37,349 nt of DNA from IMG/VR virus record IMGVR_UViG_3300028326_000014, positions 1-37,349 of that record, one strand, 5' to 3'. The notes under the pieces were generated by a model that was not told the origin of the DNA, ran no database searches, and worked only from the letters and a program-made list of their open reading frames with translations. The first letter of the stretch is position 1. The number at the start of each line of letters is the position of its first letter. This stretch comes from a virus. Lineage: Duplodnaviria > Caudoviricetes. Positions 26,373 through 36,348 of this stretch are shown one piece after another. Position numbers and translations under genes: made by a program.

Positions 26373-29231
26373 GTGGGCGACGCAGTCTTTAGCGTGCAAG
26401 CCATCATGACCTTGCAGGACTTGATATCCGGCAAGCTGGCCGGCATCAGTCGTTCCCTGGCCGCCACCGGCCGCGAGGCCGCCGGCCTGGGCTCGCGGCT
26501 GGGCGCCCTGGCCAAGTCCATGTTGCCGGTGGTGGCTGTGGCCGCCGCGCTCATGTTGGGCCTGGGGGGGGCGGTCGCCAAGGCAGCGGACTTCCAGCAG
26601 GCCATGTCCCATGTCGCGGCTGTGGCCTCGGCCTCAAGCGCCGAGATGGCCGCCCTCAAAGCCAATGCCCTGGAAATGGGTGCCAAGACGGCCTACTCCG
26701 CCATGGAGGCGGCCGGGGCCCAGGAGGATCTGGCCAAGGCCGGCCTAGCCGCCAACCAGATCATCTCCGCTATGCCGGGCGTGCTGTCCATGGCCGCCGC
26801 CGGCGACATCGGTCTGTCCCAGGCGGCCGAGGCGGCCACGGATACGATGAAGACCTTTCATATGGAGGCCGGCCAGATCGGTTTTATCGGCGACGTCATG
26901 GCCGCCACGGCCAACAAGACCAGCACCGACGTCGGCCTGATGGTGCAATCCTTAAAAAACTGTTCGGCCGTGGCGGCCAGCGTCGGCGTGGATCTGACCG
27001 ACCTGTCGGCCATGATCGGCAAAATGGCCGACCAGGGCGTCAAGGGCGCCGAGGCAGGCACCCAACTGCGGGACATGATGCTCCGTTTAGCCGCCCCGAA
27101 CAAGAAGGGGGCCGAGCTGATGCAGGAGCTCGGCATCAAGACCCGGGACGCCAAGGGCAACATCCTGCCGATTTTCGACGTGATGGAGCAGCTCGAAGGC
27201 AAGCTCAAGGGCATGGGCACGGGCACGCGGGCGACTTATATCAAGGAGATCTTCGGGGACTACGCCATCACGGCCACCAACGCCCTGCTCAACACCGGTA
27301 TCGCCAAAGTGCGGGAGTTCGCCGGAGAACTGCGCAATTCCGCCGGCTCGGCCGCCGAAACAGCCGCCCAAAAAATGGACAACCTCAAGGGGTCGCTCAA
27401 ATCCCTGCATGGCTCATGGGATACCTTGCTGATTTCCATCGGCGATCCGTTTTTGAAGCCCCTCAAAAAGGTGGCCGACGCCTTGATCCCCGTGGTCAAT
27501 CTGTTGAGCGATCTGGCCCAAACCGACGTAGGCCAGGCCCTCATCCTGTTGGCCGGAGGCGCGGCCACGGTGGTGGTTGCCTCGGCCGCCGTGGCCGCCG
27601 GGCTGTGGGCCCTGTCCATGGCCGGCGCGGCCGCGACCTGGGCCCTGGCCCCGCTGGGCGCGGCCTTGGCGGCCCTGGGCTGGCCGATCCTGGCCGTGCT
27701 GGCTGTGGTGGCCATACTGGCCGTGGCCTGGAAAACCAATTTCGGCGGCATGAAAACCACGCTCACCGAATGGTGGAACAAGGCCGTGCTGGTCTGCCGG
27801 GGCGTGGCGGCCGTGTTCGGCAGCTTGACCGGCTCCACCGGTGAACTCAAAGGCAAGTTGGCCAAGGACATCGAGGCCAAGGGGCTGCTCGGCATCGTGA
27901 CCAAGGTTGGCAAGGTGGTGTTCCGCATCCGGCAGTTCTGGGTGTACATGGTGGATGCTTTTAAAGACGGCACCAAGTACATCGAGCTGATTTTCGCGCC
28001 GCTGGCCAGCGCGTTCGATCCCATTCTTGACGCCCTAAGCCCGCTTTGGGCCGAGCTCAAGCAACTGTTGGGTATCGGCGCGGACTCCAAGCTCTCGGCC
28101 TGGGGCGCGGCCGGCCGGCTGTGCGGCGACGTGCTGGGTGTGGCCTTTCGTATGATCGCCCTGGGCATCCGCAGCATGCTGGTGCCGTTGCAACTGGTCG
28201 GCGCGGTGTTTGGCTTCGTGATCGGCGTCTTCACGGGCAAGGGCGGATCGCTGGCCGACCTGGGGGCAAACCTGGGCAAGGTGTTTACGAGCCTCTGGCA
28301 ATCCGTCGAGGCCGCCTTTCCGGGAATCACAGCCGCGCTGGAAAGGCTCTGGATACTGTTTGAGATGTGGTGTGTCGGCCTCGGCATCAAGTTTTTGATG
28401 TGGCTTGGCGGTATATGGCGCGGCATTAGGGACTGGTTTGCCGGCCTCGACCCCATGGGCTGGATCGGCGGCCTCTTTTCCGGTGCCGGCGAGGCCATAT
28501 CCGGCGCCCTGTCCGGCGTGGGCGCGGCCCTCTCCGGCTGGTGGGACGGTATAGCCGCCTGGTTTGCCGGCCTCAATCCGGTGGCCTGGATCACGGGCGC
28601 CTTTGCCGGTGTGGGTGAGGCCATCATGGCCGCGTTCGAGCAGGTCAAGTCCTTCCTGGCCGGCATCGACCTGTCGGCCGCCGGCGCGGCCATCATGCAC
28701 ACCCTGACCGCCGGCGTAAAATCGGCAGGCGGAGCCGTGGCCGGAGCCGTGAAATCGGCGTTTAACGCGGTCACTCCTTTCCTGACGCACTCCGACGCCA
28801 AGGAGGGACCTCTCTCCACTCTGACCGCCTCGGGCCGGGCCATCATGACCACTTTGGCAACGGGCGTGGCGTCCGCCGGGCCGCGTCTGGCCCAGGCCAC
28901 CTCGGCCGCCATGGTCGGCGCGGCCCTGACCCTGGCCAACCCGATGCCGCTGCCGGCCATGCAGCCCATGGCCATCACGGCGCCGGACTCCCCAGCCTTG
29001 CCCGACCTGACTGCCACGGCCTCCTGGCAGGCGGTCCCACCGCCGGATGTCCGCCTGCCTGACGCTTCTGCCGCCGAGAGGCCGACCTCCGGCGAAGGGA
29101 GGCATGGCCAGGACCGGCCCGGCGGCAGCCGCATCGTCATCCAGTCCCTGACCGTGACCCTGCCCGACGTGACCGACGGCCAGGGCTTTGCCAAGAGCCT
29201 GCAACGCTTCGTGGAGCAGTACGATGCCTGA
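26373..29231 (+). CDS. Tail tape measure protein (TP901-type core)
   Basis: ALEMGAKTAYSAMEAA, GVKGAEAGTQLR, Trp/Phe-spaced repeats, SDAKEGPLSTL. Confidence 0.93.
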   Translation: MGDAVFSVQAIMTLQDLISGKLAGISRSLAATGREAAGLGSRLGALAKSMLPVVAVAAALMLGLGGAVAKAADFQQAMSHVAAVASASSAEMAALKANALEMGAKTAYSAMEAAGAQEDLAKAGLAANQIISAMPGVLSMAAAGDIGLSQAAEAATDTMKTFHMEAGQIGFIGDVMAATANKTSTDVGLMVQSLKNCSAVAASVGVDLTDLSAMIGKMADQGVKGAEAGTQLRDMMLRLAAPNKKGAELMQELGIKTRDAKGNILPIFDVMEQLEGKLKGMGTGTRATYIKEIFGDYAITATNALLNTGIAKVREFAGELRNSAGSAAETAAQKMDNLKGSLKSLHGSWDTLLISIGDPFLKPLKKVADALIPVVNLLSDLAQTDVGQALILLAGGAATVVVASAAVAAGLWALSMAGAAATWALAPLGAALAALGWPILAVLAVVAILAVAWKTNFGGMKTTLTEWWNKAVLVCRGVAAVFGSLTGSTGELKGKLAKDIEAKGLLGIVTKVGKVVFRIRQFWVYMVDAFKDGTKYIELIFAPLASAFDPILDALSPLWAELKQLLGIGADSKLSAWGAAGRLCGDVLGVAFRMIALGIRSMLVPLQLVGAVFGFVIGVFTGKGGSLADLGANLGKVFTSLWQSVEAAFPGITAALERLWILFEMWCVGLGIKFLMWLGGIWRGIRDWFAGLDPMGWIGGLFSGAGEAISGALSGVGAALSGWWDGIAAWFAGLNPVAWITGAFAGVGEAIMAAFEQVKSFLAGIDLSAAGAAIMHTLTAGVKSAGGAVAGAVKSAFNAVTPFLTHSDAKEGPLSTLTASGRAIMTTLATGVASAGPRLAQATSAAMVGAALTLANPMPLPAMQPMAITAPDSPALPDLTATASWQAVPPPDVRLPDASAAERPTSGEGRHGQDRPGGSRIVIQSLTVTLPDVTDGQGFAKSLQRFVEQYDA

Positions 29232-29772
29232 TTATCCCGAGTACGACGGCTACCTCACTTTCGAGGACGGCGTCTTGCGCCTGGGCGACGAGGCCATCCC
29301 GGGCGTGTTCGCCAACAGCAACATCACCTGCGACGTCAAATTTGACGAAGCGCAAAGTGACCAGTTGTCCGGCAAAAAAAAGACGCCCATGGGCTGGGAG
29401 GATGCCGAGATCGATTTTGATTTCGTGCTGCTCTCCGACGACGACGGCGACTGCTACGACAAACTGGCCCGGGTCAACGCGCTCTTTAAAGGCTACGGCA
29501 GCACGGCCAGCCCCAAAATCTTTGACATCCTGAATCGCCACATCCAGGCCCGGGGTATCGAACGGGTGGTGTTCAAGACGCTCGCCAGCCGCGAAACCAA
29601 CCGGGACGATACCATTGTGGTGTCGCTCCATTTCGTCGAGCACACGCCGCCCATCGTCCAGGCCGAACAGCGCGTGGTCAAGTCCGACAAGGCAGCCACC
29701 ACGTCCGGCTCGGCCCCGGCCGTCAATCCGTCCAAGGCGGACGATTATACCATTTCGGTGGACGTCGGATGA
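29224..29772 (+). CDS. Baseplate / tube-initiator region protein
   Basis: Synteny after tape measure; SD GGAG. Confidence 0.7.
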   Translation: MPDYPEYDGYLTFEDGVLRLGDEAIPGVFANSNITCDVKFDEAQSDQLSGKKKTPMGWEDAEIDFDFVLLSDDDGDCYDKLARVNALFKGYGSTASPKIFDILNRHIQARGIERVVFKTLASRETNRDDTIVVSLHFVEHTPPIVQAEQRVVKSDKAATTSGSAPAVNPSKADDYTISVDVG

Positions 29773-30617
29773 TGACCATCCCGAGCCAAAGCGCCGACCG
29801 GGGAGCGCGGACCATCGACGGCATCCGGCTGCATTTTGTCGTGGGCGGCGTGGAGTACCTGCGCTGTCCGCATTGTTGGATTTCGGCCATGCGCGGCGCG
29901 CCGCTCTCCCGGGCCGGACTGACCCTGCCCGATCCGCTCGGGGCCGAGGCCAAGCGCCTGGCCAAGGGCGCGGCCGTGGAGATCCGGCTCGGCTACCGGG
30001 ACGAGGCGCCGGCCGTCTGGACCGGCACCGTGGAGTGGGCCAGGCCCGGCACAGTGGACCAGATCGAGGTCGGGGCCGCCGGCGGCGAGAAGGCGCTCTC
30101 CACCGCGCGCATCACCCAGGCCTGGCAGTCCGAGTCGCCGGACCGCATCGTGCGCCACGCCATCGAGGCCGCCGGTCTGACCGTGGGTCGCATCGACGCT
30201 CCCGCCGGCGTGACGCTCCCCCGGTTTGTGGCCTCCAATATTTCGCCCCGCGACGTGATCGAGCAGGTGGAGCACTCCTGCCGGCGCGCCTACGGCCAGG
30301 ACATGGCCGGCTGGCGGCTGTGGGTGGATGGCTCGGGCAAGGTCAACTGGGGCGATTTCGAGGACGAAACAGGCCAGGTGTTCGTGGCCGCCACCGGCGG
30401 CAACCTGATCACCCATTCGCCGGCCACCGATGCCCTGGGGCAGGGTGTCGTGCAGACGTTTCTGGCCCCGGCCGTCTGGCCCGGCCAGACGTTTACCCTC
30501 CAGGACGCCCGGCGCGGCACCAATCAATCCTTGCGCGTCCTGGCCGTGCGCCACGACATCCAGGGCACGGCCGCCCGGACCTGGATCACCTACGGAGCCG
30601 AGCATGCCCGGTATTGA
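29769..30617 (+). CDS. Baseplate hub (late control D / gp44-like)
   Basis: VEIRLGY...VWTGTV motif; synteny. Confidence 0.75.
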   Translation: MMTIPSQSADRGARTIDGIRLHFVVGGVEYLRCPHCWISAMRGAPLSRAGLTLPDPLGAEAKRLAKGAAVEIRLGYRDEAPAVWTGTVEWARPGTVDQIEVGAAGGEKALSTARITQAWQSESPDRIVRHAIEAAGLTVGRIDAPAGVTLPRFVASNISPRDVIEQVEHSCRRAYGQDMAGWRLWVDGSGKVNWGDFEDETGQVFVAATGGNLITHSPATDALGQGVVQTFLAPAVWPGQTFTLQDARRGTNQSLRVLAVRHDIQGTAARTWITYGAEHARY

Positions 30618-31206
30618 TCTGTCGGATCTGCGCGAGCTGTTGCGCCGGGCCATCGAGCTGGCCCAGCCCAACCTGCGCAAGTACATCCGCATGCCCCGCA
30701 AGGGCAAAATCGTGGCCGCCTACAAATCCGACGGCACGTACTACGCCGACGTGCAGCCGCTCACCAACGACGGCAGCGTGGACGCCGACGAGCCCATGTA
30801 TCCCAAGCTGGATCTGCCCGTGATCTGGGGTGGTCCGGCCCGTGGCGTGGTCTGCCCGCCGGCCGCCGGCACGCCCTGCGTCATCGGCTACTATGACGGC
30901 GATCCCAATTTTCCCTTCATCCAGGACATCCGGTGGGCGTCCACTCCCGAGGCCGATCTTGAGGAGTTTGTGATCCAGCTCAATCCCACCACGCAATTCA
31001 AGATCGACAAACAGGGCAACTTCTGCTTTGCGGCCAACGCCGCCGGTGCCTCGGGCGGCAAGGTCGGCAAGTCCGTGCTGATCGAGGTCGGCCAGGGTGG
31101 CAAGCTCATATTCCGAGCCCCCGAGATATGGTCCTACTCCGACGGCGGCGGCAGCGGCAGCTACGATGCCTGTCCCGTGGGCCAGCGGGCCTCCACCAAG
31201 GGATAA
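30604..31206 (+). CDS. Baseplate spike (gpV/gp45-like)
   Basis: YYADVQPL, GVVCPP..GT.C.IGYYDGDPNFPFI. Confidence 0.8.
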   Translation: MPGIDLSDLRELLRRAIELAQPNLRKYIRMPRKGKIVAAYKSDGTYYADVQPLTNDGSVDADEPMYPKLDLPVIWGGPARGVVCPPAAGTPCVIGYYDGDPNFPFIQDIRWASTPEADLEEFVIQLNPTTQFKIDKQGNFCFAANAAGASGGKVGKSVLIEVGQGGKLIFRAPEIWSYSDGGGSGSYDACPVGQRASTKG

Positions 31207-31209
31207 GTG

Positions 31210-31671
31210 ATGAGCGACACGATAAGCGCCACCGATCTTTTCGGCCAGGACATTGCCCTGGACAGCGACTGGGAGCCGGTCATCCTGGCCGACGGCAGTC
31301 TTTCCCTGTGCTCGGGCACGGATACCGCCAACCAGGATATCGCCCTGCGGCTTTACACCGTGCTGGGCACGCTCTTTTACGACCAGGAGTTCGGTAGCCT
31401 GGTCATGATGTTTGTCCGCGACGAGTCCACGGCGCTCAATCGGGCGGCTCTGTGCGCCGAGGTGGCGCGCCGCATCAACGCCGACCCGGCCGTGCAGGTC
31501 GGCTCGGCCACATGTGCCGTCAAAAAGTGGGACGAGGAGCAAGTCCAGTTGTCCGCCTCATTTACTCTTATCAACGCAACCCACCCCGAGAACATGGTCT
31601 TTAGTATTGACGTCTCGACCATGACTTTGCGGGTGGCGGACCTAGTGGCCGATGTCGATCCCCGTCTCTAA
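31210..31671 (+). CDS. Baseplate wedge (gpW/gp25-like)
   Basis: QDIALRLYTVLGTLFYDQEFGS, INADPAV. Confidence 0.8.
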   Translation: MSDTISATDLFGQDIALDSDWEPVILADGSLSLCSGTDTANQDIALRLYTVLGTLFYDQEFGSLVMMFVRDESTALNRAALCAEVARRINADPAVQVGSATCAVKKWDEEQVQLSASFTLINATHPENMVFSIDVSTMTLRVADLVADVDPRL

Positions 31672-32812
31672 GTCTCTCGATGAGGTGCGCGAGGCCCTCT
31701 ACACCCGGCTGTCCGAGGTTCACGAGACCTACGCGGCCAAGGGGTGGCTGCCGCGCGCGCTCAACCTCAACAAGGGTGTCATCAGGGGCTTGATCGAGCT
31801 GTGGGCCTGGGGGCTGTACGCCCTCTACCAGTTCCTTTTTGTGATCCTCAAGCAGGCCTTCCCGGAGTCGGCCACCGGCGCCTGGCTGGATCTCCATTGC
31901 GCCCAGGTCGGCGTCACCCGCCGGGCCGCCACCAAGGCGGCCGGCACCGTGGTGTTTAGCCGCTCCGGGACCAGCGGCAACGTCAAGATCCCAGCCGGCC
32001 GCATCGTCAAGACCCTGCCCGACGGCGCAGGCAGCATCTATCGCTACGTCACCGACGCCGACGCCGTGTTGCCTGACGGTCAGACCTCCGTGGCCGTGGC
32101 CGTTACGGCCGAGGCGTACGGCGCGGCGTCCAACGTCACCGTGGGCAGTATCACCGAGATATCCACCGTGATCGAGGGTATCGAGGCCGTGTCCAATACG
32201 GCCGATTGGCTCACCAGCGAGGGCGCGGATGCGGAGGACGACGACAGCCTGCGCGAGCGGTATTGCCTCAAATGGACCGACGCCAACGGCTGTACCAAGT
32301 TTGCCTACAAATCCTGGGCGCTGTCGGTCACCGGCGTTATCGCCGTGACCATCCTGGACCAGCATCCGCGCGGCCAGGGCACCGTGGACGTGGTGGTCAA
32401 GGGCGCGGCCGGCATCCCCACCACTGCCCTGGTCGAGGCCGTGCGCGTGGCGGTCGCGGCCGAAGCGCCGGTCAACGATGATTTCCTGGTCAAGAGCCCT
32501 ACGGCTGTGGACGTGGCCATATCCGCCAACCTGGTCCTGACGCCCGACGCCGGCGATGCCGCCGTCATTGCGGCCGCCGCCGAAGCGCGTCTGCGGGCGC
32601 TGTTCACCGATCCGACCACCGTGACCAAGGTCTCGCCGCTGCAAATCGGCGAGGATCTGACGCTCGCCCGGCTGACCGGCACCGTCATGTACGTGGACGG
32701 CATCAAGTCCGTCTCCTGGACCAGCCCGGCCGCCGACGTGACCGTGGCCGCCGACGGCCTGGCCGTGCTGGCCAGCCTCGTCCTGACCACCAGCACAGCC
32801 GGGGAGGCCTGA
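31652..32812 (+). CDS. Baseplate J-like protein
   Basis: ATGAWLDLH, GADAEDDDSLRER, YKSWALSVTGV, RGQGTVDV. Confidence 0.93.
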   Translation: MSIPVSKSLDEVREALYTRLSEVHETYAAKGWLPRALNLNKGVIRGLIELWAWGLYALYQFLFVILKQAFPESATGAWLDLHCAQVGVTRRAATKAAGTVVFSRSGTSGNVKIPAGRIVKTLPDGAGSIYRYVTDADAVLPDGQTSVAVAVTAEAYGAASNVTVGSITEISTVIEGIEAVSNTADWLTSEGADAEDDDSLRERYCLKWTDANGCTKFAYKSWALSVTGVIAVTILDQHPRGQGTVDVVVKGAAGIPTTALVEAVRVAVAAEAPVNDDFLVKSPTAVDVAISANLVLTPDAGDAAVIAAAAEARLRALFTDPTTVTKVSPLQIGEDLTLARLTGTVMYVDGIKSVSWTSPAADVTVAADGLAVLASLVLTTSTAGEA

Positions 32813-32814
32813 TC

Positions 32815-33564
32815 GTGGGCGTGATGTGGTCCTATTTCCATGACACCTTGCGCTGGCCCCTGATCCGCCTCAAGCAGGGCGCCTTGACCATGCTGGCCGA
32901 GGGCGGCGCGGGTGCCCTGGACGACGTGCGCGAGGCCATCCTCTGGCTGCGCCGGCAGTTCCTGCCAGCCACGTCCGAGGCCGACTACCTGACCAACTAC
33001 GCCGCCTCCCGGTCCATCGTCCGCCACCCCAGCGAGACCGACGCCCAATTCAAGACGCGCGTGGTGCGGGCCTGGTACTGGCATTACCTGGGCGGCAAGC
33101 AGGCCGGCATGCCCAAGATGTTGGCGCTCTACGGCTACACCGGCGCGAACATCATCAACTGGCGGCAGTACGACGCGGACCGGTGGGCCGAGTTCTGGTG
33201 CAAGCTCCTACCGCCGGCGGACCAGACCTTCGCGGCCGCCGATTACGAGCTGCTCCTGTGGTTGCTCAATGAGTACAAGCCGGCCCGGTCCAAGCTGGTC
33301 AAGCTGTCCATTGCCGTCACCGAGTCCACGTCCCTGGGCGTCGGCATCCTGGCCGTTCAGGGCGACCGGCAAACGCTCATGGCCCGGTTCGAGCCGCAAC
33401 CGGCATCGGGATCGATCATCGCCTGGGCCGGCGTAGTGGCCGGCGACCGCCAGACCGTACCGGTGGTCGACCTGGTCCTGACTCCAGGCCGACCGCCCGT
33501 CTATGCCGCCGCCCTGGTGGCCACCTGCGAACGCCTAACCGTAAGGAGCAAGTATAATGGCTGA
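32815..33564 (+). CDS. Baseplate/tail protein I-like
   Basis: RQFLPATS, ETDAQFKTRV, LNEYKPARS; follows J. Confidence 0.8.
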   Translation: MGVMWSYFHDTLRWPLIRLKQGALTMLAEGGAGALDDVREAILWLRRQFLPATSEADYLTNYAASRSIVRHPSETDAQFKTRVVRAWYWHYLGGKQAGMPKMLALYGYTGANIINWRQYDADRWAEFWCKLLPPADQTFAAADYELLLWLLNEYKPARSKLVKLSIAVTESTSLGVGILAVQGDRQTLMARFEPQPASGSIIAWAGVVAGDRQTVPVVDLVLTPGRPPVYAAALVATCERLTVRSKYNG

Positions 33565-34837
33565 TTTCGGAGGCATGGTCCTCACCACCAAGGGGCTCAA
33601 CCTGCTGGCCAAGGCCCAGACCGGGACCAAGCTGGTCATCACCCGGGTGGCGGCCGGCGCCGGCGTCTGGGCGGACGGCACCAACGCCGAGGCCGTGACC
33701 AGGTTGGCTGACGAACGCCTGACCGTGCCCATCCAGTCCATGCTGGTCCAAGGCGACGGCACGATCAAGCTGACCGTGGTCATATCCAATAGTGGTCTGG
33801 CGGCGGGATTCATTTTTCGCGAGCTCGGCGTCTTTGCCACGGACCCGGACCTGGGCGAGATCCTCTACGCCGTGGCCTACTCCGGCGACCGCTACGATTA
33901 TTTACCCGCAAGCGCGACGACGGTCGAAAAGGTGCTCGACATCTATATTGTGGTGGGCGGCGCCCAAAACGTCACGGCCACCATTTCGCCCGGCGCGGTC
34001 CTGGCCCTCAAGAGCGATATCGATGGTCATAATGCTGCTGCGGACGCCCACACGGTGGCCCTGGCAAAACACAATGCTGCTGCGGACGCCCACGAGGCTG
34101 CCTTGACCGCGTATGACCATGCTCGCCATCGCGTGCGCGAGGTGATCACCACGTCCGGGACGTGGATATCGCCGATAACCGGATCAATCGCTGTCACCGT
34201 CATCGGCGGAGGAGGCGGTGGCGGGCGCGGTTGTAGCACCTGCACTAACGGTGGCGGAGGTGGCTGCGCGGGCGGGGCCTCTGGATTTGGTGCCATCTCT
34301 GCGATTGGCGGTGGTGGAGGTGGCGGTGGCGGAGGGGCTGCTGAGTTCTCTGTGTCTGTCCCTGTCGGCGGCGGAGGCGGTGGCGGCGCTGGGGCTGTCG
34401 TGCGAGGCGGCCTGTCGGTCACCGCAGGCCAAGCCTACGGTGTAATTGTTGGGGCAGGCGGCACAGGGGGTAGCGGTGCGTCAGGCACATATTTAGGCGC
34501 GTCCGGGACAGGGAGCGGAGCAGGTGTAGGGGGAGTATCCTACCAGGGGGGCGGAGGCGGCCTGCGCAATGCCACCAAGGGTGGCGATGGCATCCAGGTG
34601 TCCACGTCAGCAGGTCTGGGCTACACGACCGGCGGAGGTGGCAATGGCGGGTCTAACGGTACAGGATATGGCGGTGGCGGAGGGGGCGGATTGGGGTATA
34701 ATGGCAATCAGGAGTCTGTAGCAGCGGGGCATGGTGTTGATGGTGGAGTGGATGGCGGGCTTGGCGGCAGCAACGGCGTGTTTGGTGGTGCAGGGGGTCA
34801 GGGGGCTGTCATCGTCGAGTACTGGGTGTGGGGGTAG
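33557..34837 (+). CDS. Tail fibre protein (P2 gpH-like N-terminus, Gly-rich C-terminus)
   Basis: LTTKGLNLLAKA, GFIFRELGVFA, HNAAADAH x2 (21-bp repeat 34031-34051/34073-34093), poly-Gly domain. Confidence 0.88.
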   Translation: MADFGGMVLTTKGLNLLAKAQTGTKLVITRVAAGAGVWADGTNAEAVTRLADERLTVPIQSMLVQGDGTIKLTVVISNSGLAAGFIFRELGVFATDPDLGEILYAVAYSGDRYDYLPASATTVEKVLDIYIVVGGAQNVTATISPGAVLALKSDIDGHNAAADAHTVALAKHNAAADAHEAALTAYDHARHRVREVITTSGTWISPITGSIAVTVIGGGGGGGRGCSTCTNGGGGGCAGGASGFGAISAIGGGGGGGGGGAAEFSVSVPVGGGGGGGAGAVVRGGLSVTAGQAYGVIVGAGGTGGSGASGTYLGASGTGSGAGVGGVSYQGGGGGLRNATKGGDGIQVSTSAGLGYTTGGGGNGGSNGTGYGGGGGGGLGYNGNQESVAAGHGVDGGVDGGLGGSNGVFGGAGGQGAVIVEYWVWG

Positions 34838-34839
34838 TC

Positions 34840-35247
34840 ATGCGTTATGCTATTGTTGCTGATGGGGTGGTCGTTAATATTGTCGAGGGTAGCGAGTCAT
34901 GTGCCCTGTTGTTGCCGGCTGGGCACAAGGCGATTACGGCCCTCGACACGTCCAGTATCGGCGACGCGCTGCTTGCCGATGGGACGTTGCCTCCGGCTGT
35001 TACGGCTGATCTTCCACAGCCCACCGACAAGGATTACGCCCGAGCTATCCGGGTTCAACGTGACAGGCGCCTGGCTGCGTGCGATTGGACGCAGCTTGCC
35101 GACTCGCCGCTATCTGCTGAGGCGAAGGCGGCCTGGGTAACCTACAGACAAGCCCTGCGGGATATCACGGCACGGGACGGATTCCCGTGGGGCGGCGACG
35201 CGTCGGCCGTGTCCTGGCCAGAGGCCCCGGAGACCACCGCATCATGA
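34840..35247 (+). CDS. Tail fibre assembly chaperone
   Basis: RDRRLAACDWTQLADSPL, WVTYRQALRDI, WPEAP. Confidence 0.88.
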   Translation: MRYAIVADGVVVNIVEGSESCALLLPAGHKAITALDTSSIGDALLADGTLPPAVTADLPQPTDKDYARAIRVQRDRRLAACDWTQLADSPLSAEAKAAWVTYRQALRDITARDGFPWGGDASAVSWPEAPETTAS

Positions 35248-36203
35248 CGCGTATCTTATCTATTGATGGTGGCGGCATCCTGGGGCTGATCCCGGCTATG
35301 GTTTTGGCCGAGATCGAGGCCCGGGCCGGACGGCCGGCTGCCGAGTTGTTCGACCTGGTCGCCGGCACCAGCACGGGCGGTATCATCGCCTGCGCCGTGG
35401 CGGCAGGCATCCCGGCCAATACGGTGGCCGACCTCTATCGCAAGCGCGGCAAGGACATTTTTGCCCGACATTTAAGGCATCGCCTGTTCACAGGGTTTGG
35501 CCTGTGGGGCCCGCAGTACGCGGCATCCGGCATTGAGGCCGCCCTGGCCGATGTGTTCCAAGGTGCCAAGCTCTCGGACTGCACCACGGACCTGCTCGTG
35601 CCGGCCTACGACATCGAGGCCAGGACGCCGGTCCTGTTCAAGTCAGCCAAGGCGAGGTGGAACGGGGTAGTTGGAGTTGAGGCCTATCACGCCCGCTCGC
35701 GCGACTACTACCTGCGCGACGTGGCCCGGGCCACGTCCGCAGCGCCGACCTATTTCCCGCCGGCACGCATCACGTCTCTGGCCGGTGAGGTCGTCACGGC
35801 CGTGGACGGTGGACTTTTCGCCAACAATCCGGCCGCCTGCGCCCTGGCCCAGGTGGCCAAGGCCAGCCGGATGTACGGTGCCGCCATGGTGTCGCTCGGC
35901 ACCGGCTCGCGCGAGCAGCCATACCTCTACGGCGCGGCCCGGCGCTGGGGCCTGGCCCGCTGGGCGCGGCCCTTACTCGACTGCATGTTCGACGGCCAAA
36001 GCGATACGGCCGGCCATCAGTGCCAGGCACTGCTGCGGGATCGATATTTCCGGCTCCAGCCAGCGCTGCCCGGCGACCTGCCTATGGACGACGCAGGGCC
36101 CAAGGCCGTCGAGATCCTGGAGTCGGTGGCCCGGGGACTGGTCGCCGAGCAGGATGAGCTGATCGACAAGATCTGTGCAATGACGCTGCCCAAGGCGGCG
36201 TAA
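35244..36203 (+). CDS. Patatin-like phospholipase
   Basis: ILSIDGGG, FDLVAGTSTGG, ATSAAPTYF, VDGGLFANNP, VSLGTG; ATGA coupling to the upstream gene. Confidence 0.92.
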   Translation: MTRILSIDGGGILGLIPAMVLAEIEARAGRPAAELFDLVAGTSTGGIIACAVAAGIPANTVADLYRKRGKDIFARHLRHRLFTGFGLWGPQYAASGIEAALADVFQGAKLSDCTTDLLVPAYDIEARTPVLFKSAKARWNGVVGVEAYHARSRDYYLRDVARATSAAPTYFPPARITSLAGEVVTAVDGGLFANNPAACALAQVAKASRMYGAAMVSLGTGSREQPYLYGAARRWGLARWARPLLDCMFDGQSDTAGHQCQALLRDRYFRLQPALPGDLPMDDAGPKAVEILESVARGLVAEQDELIDKICAMTLPKAA

Positions 36204-36205
36204 GT

Positions 36206-36284
36206 GGAGCAGGCGGGGCGAATTGCAGCCGCCCCACTGGCCCGGTGCTGGCGCGCCGGTCCACCGGCTTTCGCCAGCTGCTCC
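36206..36284 (-). ncRNA. C4-antisense-like cloverleaf RNA
   Basis: Closing stem GGAGCAG/CTGCTCC; GAAA-tetraloop hairpin; two hairpins with loops CGCGCCAGCA and GCTGCAATT; candidate promoter TTTACA(36340-36335)-18-TACCTC. Confidence 0.6.
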
Positions 36285-36348
36285 CTGCCCACCGGGAGAT
36301 GGGTGCAAGGGAGGTAGCAGGCGGCGGCACAACCTGTAAAGGCATACA

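Noticed and set aside
33557-35247. Invertible tail-fibre segment or diversity-generating retroelement
   Set aside because: No invertase, no inverted fibre copy, no reverse transcriptase. The 21-bp repeat simply encodes HNAAADAH twice.
35244-36203. CBASS system
   Set aside because: Patatin only; no CD-NTase or ancillary genes in the window.
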